From: Bacteroidales bacterium
Lineage (GTDB): Bacteria; Bacteroidota; Bacteroidia; Bacteroidales; UBA932
Assembly: GCA_017429425.1 (NCBI GenBank)
Contig: JAFROY010000002.1
Location: 495,317 to 559,316, forward strand
Reading direction: 5' to 3'
DNA length: 64,000 nt
The position numbers were made by a program, and so were the translations under genes. Shown in pieces: positions 17,096 to 25,308 of the stretch. The notes under the pieces were generated by a model. It was not told the DNA's origin and ran no database searches. It saw only the letters and a list, made by a program, of their open reading frames with translations. The number at the start of each line of letters is the position of its first letter. The first letter of the stretch is position 1.

Positions 17096-18691
17096 TTACT
17101 TCTTTGCGTGACGTTTGGCGGTTTGGATGCATTCGCGGCGGCTCACGATGACGGAAACGCCGTGGTATTCGATTTCTTCACGGATAACCTTCTCCATGTC
17201 GGGATAGTTCTTCGGAAGCGGGACAATCGTGCGGATATGGGCCGGATCCACGCCCAGACCGGCGCAGATGGCCTCAATGCGGCCGGTGCCGGCGGAATCC
17301 TGTCCGCCCGTCATACCGGTGGTGAGGTTGTCCGAGATACAGAGGGTGACGTCGGCGTTGCTGTTGACTGCGTCGAGCAGGCCGGTCATACCGCTGTGGG
17401 TGAAGGTGGAATCACCGATCACGCCGACAGCCGGCCAGAGACCGCAGTATGCTGCGCCCTGTGCCATCGTGAAGGAGGCGCCCATCTCCACGCAGGTGTC
17501 CACAGCGTTGAGCGGAGCCATATAACCCAGCGTGTAGCAGCCGATATCGCTGAATACGCGGGCATTGGGGTAATCTTTCTTGATAACGTTGTTCAGCGCC
17601 GTGTAGAAATCGCGGTGGCCGCAGCCCTGGCAAAGCGCCGGCGGACGCGGTGCCACGACCTCGGATGCGGGATATTCGGGCAGCGCCGGCAGGCCGAGCG
17701 CCTTGCGTACTGCATCCGGGTTGAGCTCGCCGTCGCGGTTGACGGTGTTGTCGATACGGCCCACGATCTTGGTTTCGATGGGGAATACGCCGCGCAGACG
17801 CTCCTCCACCATCGGCTGGCCCTCTTCCAATACGAGGATGGTCGGGACCATCTGGGAGAGTTTGAGCGCCAGTTCACGCGGGAACGGATACTGGGAAACC
17901 TTGAGAACCGGATACGGGCAGCCGTTCGGGAAGTTCTCCATCAGGTAATTGTACGCAATACCGCAGGCGATGACGCCCAGGGTGTGGTCCGGCCCGTCGG
18001 TCAGACTGTTGAACGGCGAAGCGACTGCGTCAGCCTCGAAGGTTGCATAGTCTTTGATGAGCTGGCGGTTGCGCACGCGGGCGTTGACCGGGAGGGTCAC
18101 CCACTGGCGCGGAGCGGCCGGCGTATGCATCTCGTTCTGCGGACGGTAGTTGGGATCTTCCGTAACCACGGCGCGGGAGTGAGCCATACGGGTGGTGAGA
18201 CGCATCATGACGGGGATGCCGCGTTTCTCGGAATAATCGAAAGCGGCGCGGGTCATTTCGTAAGCTTCCTGCTGATTGGACGGTTCAAAGACCGGAATCA
18301 TGGCAAAGGAGCCAAGAATGCGGCTGTCCTGCTCGTTCTGGGAGCTGTGCATGGAAGGATCGTCGCAGGCAGCAACGACGAGACCGCCGTTTGCGCCGGT
18401 CATCGCGGAGCCCATGAACGGGTCCATACAGACGTTCATACCCACGTGTTTCATGCAGACAAGCGCGCGCTTGCCGGCGTAGGACATACCCAGAGCGCCC
18501 TCCATCGCGGTCTTTTCGTTGCACGACCAGACGCGGTGGACATTGCCCTCTTTGGCCATCGGTTGGGCCTGGATAAATTCGGTGATTTCGGTGGACGGTG
18601 TGCCCGGGTAGGCATAGACACCGCTCAGGCCAGCGTGCAGCGCGCCCAGCGCCACAGCTTCGTCACCCAAAAGTAATTGTTTGTCAGCCAT
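17096..18691 (-). CDS. iorA: Indolepyruvate:ferredoxin oxidoreductase subunit alpha
   Basis: 531 aa with YPGTPSTEI, the Cys motif CQGCGHRDFY and the TPP-binding GDSTFTHSG. Confidence 0.9.
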   Translation of the reverse strand: MADKQLLLGDEAVALGALHAGLSGVYAYPGTPSTEITEFIQAQPMAKEGNVHRVWSCNEKTAMEGALGMSYAGKRALVCMKHVGMNVCMDPFMGSAMTGANGGLVVAACDDPSMHSSQNEQDSRILGSFAMIPVFEPSNQQEAYEMTRAAFDYSEKRGIPVMMRLTTRMAHSRAVVTEDPNYRPQNEMHTPAAPRQWVTLPVNARVRNRQLIKDYATFEADAVASPFNSLTDGPDHTLGVIACGIAYNYLMENFPNGCPYPVLKVSQYPFPRELALKLSQMVPTILVLEEGQPMVEERLRGVFPIETKIVGRIDNTVNRDGELNPDAVRKALGLPALPEYPASEVVAPRPPALCQGCGHRDFYTALNNVIKKDYPNARVFSDIGCYTLGYMAPLNAVDTCVEMGASFTMAQGAAYCGLWPAVGVIGDSTFTHSGMTGLLDAVNSNADVTLCISDNLTTGMTGGQDSAGTGRIEAICAGLGVDPAHIRTIVPLPKNYPDMEKVIREEIEYHGVSVIVSRRECIQTAKRHAKK

Positions 18692-18710
18692 ATTTTTAAT
18701 CTTAAATTGT

Positions 18711-18718
18711 TATCTTTG
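18711..18718 (+). promoter_or_regulatory. -7 box TATCTTTG for mnmE
   Basis: TAnnTTTG 105 nt upstream of ATG 18824. It lies to the left of the minus-strand box, so the divergent transcripts would overlap by a few tens of nt. Confidence 0.35.
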
Positions 18719-18750
18719 CACGATGATATACATCATCGTATGTCAAACTA

Positions 18751-18758
18751 CAAAGTTA
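18751..18758 (-). promoter_or_regulatory. -7 box TAACTTTG (minus strand) for the iorA-led gene train
   Basis: TAnnTTTG 59 nt upstream of ATG 18691. It is the only match in the 123-nt divergent intergenic region on this strand. Confidence 0.4.
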
Positions 18759-18823
18759 ATGAATTGAAGGCTATTTCCAAATTTGATTTGAATTTGTAGT
18801 CATTTTCAGCTTTTTTGCAAGGG

Positions 18824-20248
18824 ATGCAAACAGTTTTCGACGATACGATTTGTGCTCCGGCAACCGCGACAGGCGGTGCGCTGGCCATCGTCCGTGTAAG
18901 CGGCCCGAATGCGGTCGCCAAGGTGGCGGAGCGTTTCCGCCCTGCCCGACGCGCCGACGGCACGCCCGGTCCCAAGCTTACTGACGCTTCCGGTTTTACG
19001 CTGCATTACGGTACGGTCTGCGATGGCGAAACCGTTCTGGACGAAGTGGTTGCAGCCGTTTATCGCGGCCCGCGCTCTTATACCGGGGAGGACTGTGTGG
19101 AGATTTCCTGCCACGGCTCCCCGTATATCGTTGAACGGATGCTGGAGCTGCTGACAGCCTCCGGCGTCCGGATGGCCGCTCCCGGCGAATTTACGCAGCG
19201 CGCATTTCTTGCAGGCAAAATGGACCTGGCGCAGGCGGAGGCCGTGGCCGACGTGATTGCATCGCAAACCGCTGCTGCACATCGTGTTGCGCTCAACCAA
19301 CTTCGGGGCGGATTCAGCGACCGTCTCTCCGAAATGCGCGACGAACTGCTGGAGATTGCCTCCCTCATTGAACTCGAGCTCGACTTCGGCGAAGAAGATG
19401 TGGAATTTGCCGACCGCAAACGGCTCGGCAACCTGCTTTCCCTGGTGCGGTCGCACATCGGACGGCTGATCGAAAGTTTTCGTTTGGGTAACGCCATCAA
19501 AAACGGTGTGCCCGTGGCAATTGTCGGCAAGACAAATGCCGGTAAAAGTACCCTGTTGAACGCGCTCCTGGGTGAGGATCGGGCCATCGTTTCCGAGATT
19601 CCCGGAACCACACGCGATACGATTGAAGAAACGTTCAATATCGAGGGTACGCTCTACCGCCTGATCGACACCGCCGGCCTGCGCGAAAGTGACGATCGGA
19701 TTGAGCAAATCGGCATTTCCCGCGCCCTCGAGAAGCTTTCTTCCGCGCAGATTGTGATCGGGATGCTCGACCTGACGGCTCCCCTGCCCGATTTGACGGC
19801 CAGCGCCTGGCAGATTGCCGACGCACTCACCGCGGGCCAGCAGTTGATTCTCTGGCTGAACAAGGCCGATGCCGTGACGCCGGAAATCCTCGCTTTGGCT
19901 CAAAAATCTCTTACAGAGTTAACTGCAGCGCACGAAGCCGTTCTGCTTTCCGGTTCAGCAAAGCAAGGTGCCGGACTTGAAGATCTTCGCAAGAGTCTTT
20001 CGGATATTTGGGGCAGGATGGGCAGCGCATCCGAGTCCGTTTTGGTTACCAACACCCGCCATCTGGAGGCGCTCCGTAATGCAAACGATGCCCTCGGCCG
20101 TGTAGAATCCGGCATGGGCAATGTTCCCACCGATCTCCTGGCCCAGGATCTTCGCGAAGCGCTCTACCACATCGGCTCAATCACAGGCCAAGTAACTACA
20201 GATGAGATACTTGGCAACATATTCCGAAACTTCTGCATCGGAAAGTAG
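18824..20248 (+). CDS. mnmE: tRNA modification GTPase MnmE
   Basis: DTICAPATATGGALAIVRVSG N-domain, G-domain GKTNAGKSTLLNAL / DTAGLR, and a C-terminal CIGK tail. The track start 18815 is TTG, so ATG 18824 is used. Confidence 0.9.
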   Translation: MQTVFDDTICAPATATGGALAIVRVSGPNAVAKVAERFRPARRADGTPGPKLTDASGFTLHYGTVCDGETVLDEVVAAVYRGPRSYTGEDCVEISCHGSPYIVERMLELLTASGVRMAAPGEFTQRAFLAGKMDLAQAEAVADVIASQTAAAHRVALNQLRGGFSDRLSEMRDELLEIASLIELELDFGEEDVEFADRKRLGNLLSLVRSHIGRLIESFRLGNAIKNGVPVAIVGKTNAGKSTLLNALLGEDRAIVSEIPGTTRDTIEETFNIEGTLYRLIDTAGLRESDDRIEQIGISRALEKLSSAQIVIGMLDLTAPLPDLTASAWQIADALTAGQQLILWLNKADAVTPEILALAQKSLTELTAAHEAVLLSGSAKQGAGLEDLRKSLSDIWGRMGSASESVLVTNTRHLEALRNANDALGRVESGMGNVPTDLLAQDLREALYHIGSITGQVTTDEILGNIFRNFCIGK

Positions 20249-20392
20249 TTGATAATCAATAACTTACGGAATCAATCGACAGGTTCGGCTAACTACGGTT
20301 TATTGAATACAAATCTAAGCAAAAACTGCCCGTTCGGCAATATGACAACGAAAAGTAGTATGAAAACCGTTTAAAAGTTGGGAGAAAAGTAT

Positions 20393-20400
20393 TATCTTTG
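20393..20400 (+). promoter_or_regulatory. -7 box TATCTTTG for the fic gene
   Basis: TAnnTTTG 15 nt upstream of ATG 20416. Confidence 0.5.
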
Positions 20401-20415
20401 CATTGTTAAGTTACT

Positions 20416-21444
20416 ATGGCAATGGACAGGATGGATCAACTGATGGCTCTGATTGAGCGTTATAAGCAATTGGGTATTGACTCGCAGATAGACTATGAGA
20501 AGTTCTACCTGTACTCGATCATCACACACTCCACAGCCATTGAAGGGTCGACGGTGACTGAGATTGAGAACCAGTTGCTTTTCGATGAAGGCATTTCAGC
20601 CAAAGGGAAAACCATCGTTGAGCAGATGATGAACCTTGACCTGAAGCGAGCCTACGAAGAGAGCATCCGACTGGCGAAGCATCATACTGATATTACCATA
20701 GACATTTTAAAAGAGTTGTCGCACCTGGTGATGCAGAATACCGGATCCACGTACAAGACGGCTCTTGGGGACTTCTCTTCCGCCAATGGTGACCTTCGTC
20801 TGGTGAATGTGACCGCTGGCGTCGGTGGGAGATCCTACATGAGTTACCAGAAGGTTCCTGCCAAACTGCAGGACTTTTGTGACTGGCTCAATGAGAAGCG
20901 AAAACGTCCGATGTCCTTACAGGAGCGCTATAACTTGAGTTTTGAGGCACATTATCGCCTGGTGACTATCCATCCCTGGGCAGACGGGAACGGCCGTATG
21001 GCACGGCTCATCATGAATTTTATCCAGTTCGAATTCGGACTGGTTCAGGCCAAGGTCCTCAAAGAAGATAAAGGCGATTATATCAATGCACTCATAACTA
21101 CCCGGGACACGGATGACATCTCCCATTTCCTGGAATTCATGACCGGGGAAATGATAAAGACCCTGTATTCAGACATCGATGCCTTCCTCAAGTCGATGAA
21201 TGGAGGTGGGGAGATAACCCGAGTTAGTGGGAAGAAAAAGCCGAAAAGTAGGGAGAAAATCCTCTACCTTCTCGAGGAGCATTCAGACTACTCAGCGCGT
21301 AAGTTGTCGGAAGTTATAGGGATAACGCAGAAAGCTGTCGAGAAGCATCTTTCCAAACTGAAGGCTGAAGGGCTAATCAGGCGTGACGGCCCTGACAAGG
21401 GCGGGAAATGGGTTGTGATATCCAGCTCAAAGAGAACCAAATAA
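20416..21444 (+). CDS. Fic-family AMPylase with N-terminal inhibitory-type motif and C-terminal wHTH
   Basis: Core HPWADGNGRMAR (HxFx[DE]GNGRxxR with W for F). Upstream STAIEG fits the [ST]xxxE[GN] inhibitory helix. The C-terminal segment of about 80 aa looks like a winged helix. Confidence 0.85.
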   Translation: MAMDRMDQLMALIERYKQLGIDSQIDYEKFYLYSIITHSTAIEGSTVTEIENQLLFDEGISAKGKTIVEQMMNLDLKRAYEESIRLAKHHTDITIDILKELSHLVMQNTGSTYKTALGDFSSANGDLRLVNVTAGVGGRSYMSYQKVPAKLQDFCDWLNEKRKRPMSLQERYNLSFEAHYRLVTIHPWADGNGRMARLIMNFIQFEFGLVQAKVLKEDKGDYINALITTRDTDDISHFLEFMTGEMIKTLYSDIDAFLKSMNGGGEITRVSGKKKPKSREKILYLLEEHSDYSARKLSEVIGITQKAVEKHLSKLKAEGLIRRDGPDKGGKWVVISSSKRTK

Positions 21445-21560
21445 TAATACTGAAAACGGGTTTTCCGCACGAATAAGTAGCGGAGTCGCCACCTTGACAC
21501 AAAGCGCCCCGGCAATCCTCCTGGACTGTCGGGGCCTAGGTTACACCGATAAATGGGAAT

Positions 21561-21863
21561 TTAACTGTTTTTCTTTTTTGCCCATGTATTGGCAAGAATG
21601 ACCACAACGATAATCAAAACCAAAGTAAGACCAAAGAAAGCACCTGTCGCCGCAAAAGACTCATCTCCAAGCAAGAGTAACATCATTGGAGCCAATACAA
21701 TCAACAAGCCGCCAATCAAACCCCGAAGACGCTTGACATTGTATAGCGACCGTTCTTCTTTTGATGCGGTGTTGTAACCGGCAATCAGATTATCCCCCTT
21801 ACCGATAAGTACGATTATGCCCATGATGAGAAAGATGGCAGCAAGAATAATCAAAACAATCAT
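21561..21863 (-). CDS. Small three-TM membrane protein (DUF3784-like)
   Basis: 100 aa with the pattern GDNLIAGYNTASKEERSLYNVKRL between hydrophobic helices. A -7 box lies 22 nt upstream. Confidence 0.6.
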   Translation of the reverse strand: MIVLIILAAIFLIMGIIVLIGKGDNLIAGYNTASKEERSLYNVKRLRGLIGGLLIVLAPMMLLLLGDESFAATGAFFGLTLVLIIVVVILANTWAKKKNS

Positions 21864-21884
21864 ATCAATTCCGATTTATCGAAG

Positions 21885-21892
21885 CAAAGTTA
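21885..21892 (-). promoter_or_regulatory. -7 box TAACTTTG (minus strand) for the DUF3784-like gene
   Basis: TAnnTTTG 21 nt upstream of ATG 21863. Confidence 0.45.
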
Positions 21893-22182
21893 CGCAATTT
21901 CTACCACATACCCAAGCGGTCACCATAGCGGAAGCGCTCTATGCTTCTCGATGAAATTTCGTACCATTGCCACCGGAGGTCTGATGCCAGACTTCTATTG
22001 TTAACACCCGGTGCGTTTCTGCTGCCATGCGGGGACGCACCTTATTACCTGCATCGGTAAATGGAGGGGTTTTTGTGGCATTATTTTTGCAGCACGATTC
22101 TTTGAGATTTCCCGAACTGGATTTGGACTAAGAATCATTTTACAACCGTGTGCGACTGGACGCCGGCATCCCCAATGTCAAC

Positions 22183-23187
22183 ATGAAAAGATTATATATC
22201 ATAACAGGAGCTAACGGACACCTGGCGAGTACGATAATAAGATATCTCTCCCGGGAAAACTGTCTGGTTAGAGGATTGCTGCTGCCGAAGGAAAGCCACG
22301 AAGACACGGGGAGCATTACCTATTTCAAAGGGGATGTCACCGATCCCGTCTCAATGGAAGAGATCTTTTCCGGAATGGATGGTTACGAAGTAACCGTTAT
22401 CCATGCGGCGGGTCTGGTGTCGATTGAAGACAATATTACACCTGAGCTTTATTCCGTCAACGTCAACGGGACGAGGAATGTAATATCGATGTGCCGGAAG
22501 CATCATGTGCGGCGGATGCTTTATGTCAGTTCGGTGCATGCGATTCCCGAAGGCGATGGACAGTCGGTGATACATGAAATCAATTCCTTCTCGAAAGAAA
22601 GAGTCAAAGGGGGATATGCCATCACCAAGGCAGAAGCGACCCAATCTGTTATGGACGCGGTCAACGATGGTCTTGACGCAGTTGTCGTACACCCATCCGG
22701 TATCGTCGGACCGTTTGACGACGGGCGGAATCATATCATCCAACTGATTAAGACATTTCTGGACGGAAAACTGCTTGGAAGTGTTACCGGCGGTTATGAC
22801 TTTGTAGATGTCCGGGATGTCGCCAAGGGTTGTCTCTTCGCAGCAGACAAAGGCAGAAGAGGCGAGTGTTACATCCTTTCCAATCAGTATATTACCATTT
22901 CAGAACTCATCAATTATCTAGGTGTGTTGACTGGCAAGAGAGTGCCACCCTGTTTCCCGCTCTCAGCCATCAAATGCCTCGCACCTGTCTTCAGTTGGAT
23001 TGGAAAGATCACACACAAACGCCCCTTATTCACACGTTACTCCCTGAACGTCCTGGGAGAGAATGCGCATTTTTCACACGAGAAGGCAACAAGGGAATGG
23101 GGATACTCCCCAATAGATATCTGGGACTCCATTCGCGACACCGTCCGGTATTTGCGATACGGTGAAAAATCAATTGCCCTGGTGTGA
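22183..23187 (+). CDS. NAD-dependent epimerase/dehydratase-family SDR (dihydroflavonol-reductase-like)
   Basis: ITGANGHLAS Rossmann block and catalytic YAITK (YxxxK). The track start 22150 is GTG, so ATG 22183 (MKRLYIITGANG) is used. Confidence 0.8.
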   Translation: MKRLYIITGANGHLASTIIRYLSRENCLVRGLLLPKESHEDTGSITYFKGDVTDPVSMEEIFSGMDGYEVTVIHAAGLVSIEDNITPELYSVNVNGTRNVISMCRKHHVRRMLYVSSVHAIPEGDGQSVIHEINSFSKERVKGGYAITKAEATQSVMDAVNDGLDAVVVHPSGIVGPFDDGRNHIIQLIKTFLDGKLLGSVTGGYDFVDVRDVAKGCLFAADKGRRGECYILSNQYITISELINYLGVLTGKRVPPCFPLSAIKCLAPVFSWIGKITHKRPLFTRYSLNVLGENAHFSHEKATREWGYSPIDIWDSIRDTVRYLRYGEKSIALV

Positions 23188-23739
23188 ATGTTCAGTAATT
23201 ATTTAAGAGTAACTCGACCAATGGATTATACCTGGCATTATGAGTCCCCGCTTGGAGGGATTACACTCGGCAGCGATGGAGAAGCACTTGTCGGGCTGTG
23301 GTTCGACGGGCAGAAACACTTCGCTGATGTACTGGAAACGGAGCATCAGGAGAAGTTGTTGCCAGTCTTTGAAGACGCCTGCAGATGGCTGGATATCTAT
23401 TTTGGCGGCAAGGCCCCGGACTTTACGCCAAAGCTAAAGATGCGCACGACGCCTTTCCGCAAAGCGGTGTGGGAGATTTTGCTTTCCATTCCGTTCGGAC
23501 ACGCCATGACTTACGGCGAAATCGCCGCACGGATAGCAAAGGATAACGGTCTGAAACAAATGTCTGCACGTGCTGTAGGTGGCGCCGTAGGGCACAATGC
23601 CATCTCCCTTATCATTCCGTGCCATCGGGTGATAGGATCCAGTGGAAATCTCACGGGTTACGCGGGTGGCATTGACAAGAAAGTCCGCTTACTCCAGATG
23701 GAACGGTTTACTTTTTCGCTCAGGTGTTGGCCAGGATAA
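23188..23739 (+). CDS. ogt: Methylated-DNA--protein-cysteine methyltransferase
   Basis: Active site PCHRVIGSSG and the TYGEIAARIA helix. ATG 23221 (MDYTWHYESPLG) is an alternative start. Confidence 0.85.
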   Translation: MFSNYLRVTRPMDYTWHYESPLGGITLGSDGEALVGLWFDGQKHFADVLETEHQEKLLPVFEDACRWLDIYFGGKAPDFTPKLKMRTTPFRKAVWEILLSIPFGHAMTYGEIAARIAKDNGLKQMSARAVGGAVGHNAISLIIPCHRVIGSSGNLTGYAGGIDKKVRLLQMERFTFSLRCWPG

Positions 23740-23764
23740 GCACAACAGTACAAGCCACCAGCGT

Positions 23765-24397
23765 TTAGTTATGTTCGAACCTTCTCTTCAGGAATACTTT
23801 TGCTTTGGCGAAAGACTTTCTTGGAGTGCTTCCCATCAGGTAATGGACGCTGAACTGCAGGCACATAAAGCCTCCGATGAAGCACAAAATTCCCCAGAGC
23901 CACTGTAAGCCGAGATAATCAACATTGCGGTTAATCAGAATAATAGCCCAGATGGAATAGCCCGCCATCAGCATGGCGGTATACCAGCCCGGTGAAACGC
24001 CCTTAAGATGGAACAGAAAGATGCCCATATTGTGGACAAAACCCTCGAAGAGTCCCAGGATGAGGACTGCGAATGTGAGCCACAACTGATTAGGAAACAA
24101 GAGTGCCAGCGAGAATATAACTGTGATATAGACTGCCTGCCCGATGTGTGTTCGCCCTGCCGGAGTAAGTGCCCGATGGTCTATCTGCAGCATCCTTCCT
24201 GCCATCAAATCCAGAAATCTGCCCTTATACCCCTCTTCATACTCGTGAACAATCAACCAAGCGTACATGCCGAGCGCAATCTTTTGGACCAGCAGCAGAT
24301 TCTGCCAGTTGCATATGCCCCATACAGCCCATCCCAGAAAGATGAGCGTCATGATATAGATATTCTTCTTAAGTAGCCAGAGCCCAAGCTTTTTCAT
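23765..24397 (-). CDS. HXXEE-domain membrane protein
   Basis: Polytopic protein with a HEYEEGY (HXXEE) motif. The track start is TTG, so ATG 24397 (MKKLGLW) is used. Confidence 0.6.
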   Translation of the reverse strand: MKKLGLWLLKKNIYIMTLIFLGWAVWGICNWQNLLLVQKIALGMYAWLIVHEYEEGYKGRFLDLMAGRMLQIDHRALTPAGRTHIGQAVYITVIFSLALLFPNQLWLTFAVLILGLFEGFVHNMGIFLFHLKGVSPGWYTAMLMAGYSIWAIILINRNVDYLGLQWLWGILCFIGGFMCLQFSVHYLMGSTPRKSFAKAKVFLKRRFEHN

Positions 24398-24409
24398 AAT
24401 TATCAAGTT

Positions 24410-24934
24410 CTATTCGATGCTTTTAAGCCACTTTTCTACTTTGGATTTTCCAGTGCGGACTTCGTGACCGTAAATAGCGAAGCCTTTGGTGACTTTTGCT
24501 CCGGGGAATGCTTCTTTCACATCCTCGACGCAATTCGCCAAACCACTGCCTTCGTGGGTCGTAAACGGAATGACGGTCTTCCCGTCCAGATTGATATCCT
24601 TGAACAGCGTAAACATCACCTGAGGATAGGTTCCCCACCAGACGGGACCTCCTATAAAGACTGTATCATATTTCGACAGATCCGGCGCCTCACCCTCGTA
24701 GGGCGGCAATTCGCCTTTGCGCGCTTCCTCTTTGGCCAGTTTGATGAGCGGATTGTATGACATCCCGTCATACTTATGAGTAACAATTTCAAACTGGTCT
24801 GCTCCAGTGATTTCACTAATGTAGTCAGCTACAATTTTCGTATTGCCGACCTCGATGTTTCCCACGCTGTAGTTATCGCCTGCGTGAGAAAAGAAAATAA
24901 CAATTGCAGTCATCAGAGAAAAGAAATAATTCAT
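24410..24934 (-). CDS. Flavodoxin-family protein (cytoplasmic; start uncertain, 24934 or 24913)
   Basis: VIFFSHAGDNYSVGNIEVGNTKIVADYI corresponds to the beta1/P-loop of long flavodoxin-like proteins. GGPVWWGTYP and TTHEGSG blocks are also present. Confidence 0.75.
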   Translation of the reverse strand: MNYFFSLMTAIVIFFSHAGDNYSVGNIEVGNTKIVADYISEITGADQFEIVTHKYDGMSYNPLIKLAKEEARKGELPPYEGEAPDLSKYDTVFIGGPVWWGTYPQVMFTLFKDINLDGKTVIPFTTHEGSGLANCVEDVKEAFPGAKVTKGFAIYGHEVRTGKSKVEKWLKSIE

Positions 24935-24946
24935 AAACAAAACAGT

Positions 24947-25249
24947 TTACTCGATTGTTTCAAGATAGAAGCTGAACGGACGGAAGCCGTCGTTGCAGCT
25001 GATCATTGCGCTCATCGGGTTTTTCATCCAGCCGTCGAAGAAGTTGCCCTCTCCCCTTGCCAGGGATTCAACAAATTCGCGCATTGAACTCCACGCGGAC
25101 GGGCACATGCCTTCTGGGCACTTGCCGTCCAGGGAGATCCACGTCTGCCCCTCCACCACATCGCACGTGTGCTCGATAGGGTTCTCATATTTCGCCATCA
25201 AATCGGGATAAACGGTCTGACGGACGGCCGTGATTCTGACCTTATTCAT
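24947..25249 (-). CDS. TIGR04076-family small Cys-rich protein
   Basis: MNKVRITAVRQTVYPDL...CPEGMCPSAW...CNDGFRPFSF matches my recollection of TIGR04076. A longer ORF from ATG 25300 is possible. Confidence 0.55.
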   Translation of the reverse strand: MNKVRITAVRQTVYPDLMAKYENPIEHTCDVVEGQTWISLDGKCPEGMCPSAWSSMREFVESLARGEGNFFDGWMKNPMSAMISCNDGFRPFSFYLETIE

Positions 25250-25273
25250 GTCTACAAATATACGTTTTTTCTG

Positions 25274-25281
25274 TATTTTTG
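25274..25281 (+). promoter_or_regulatory. -7 box TATTTTTG for the lipoprotein flavin-reductase / DUF362 pair
   Basis: TAnnTTTG 27 nt upstream of ATG 25309. Confidence 0.5.
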
Positions 25282-25308
25282 CAGAGTACATCAAATACAT
25301 AATGCGTC

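Noticed and set aside
21494-21530. Possible terminator hairpin GCCCCG-N18-CGGGGC between the fic and DUF3784-like genes
   Set aside because: The stem is only 6 bp, the loop is 18 nt and unpaired, and no T-tract occurs on either strand. That is too weak to call.
20416-21863. Fic gene plus the small convergent membrane protein as a toxin-antitoxin or mobile-element module
   Set aside because: The genes are convergent and separately promoted. The Fic protein carries its own inhibitory motif. No integrase, transposase or relaxase is nearby.
24913-24940. Apparent hydrophobic signal peptide (MFMNYFFSLMTAIVIFF) on the flavodoxin
   Set aside because: The hydrophobic run is the first beta-strand of the flavodoxin fold (xIVIFFSHAGDNY aligns with the usual ILVVYFSxxGxT start). 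The extreme start is a TTG. It was therefore not counted among the exported flavoproteins.
25255-25262. Minus-strand TATATTTG near the TIGR04076 gene
   Set aside because: It is only 6 nt from the preferred ATG (25249) and lies inside the alternative longer ORF from 25300. I cannot decide between the starts, so no promoter is called.
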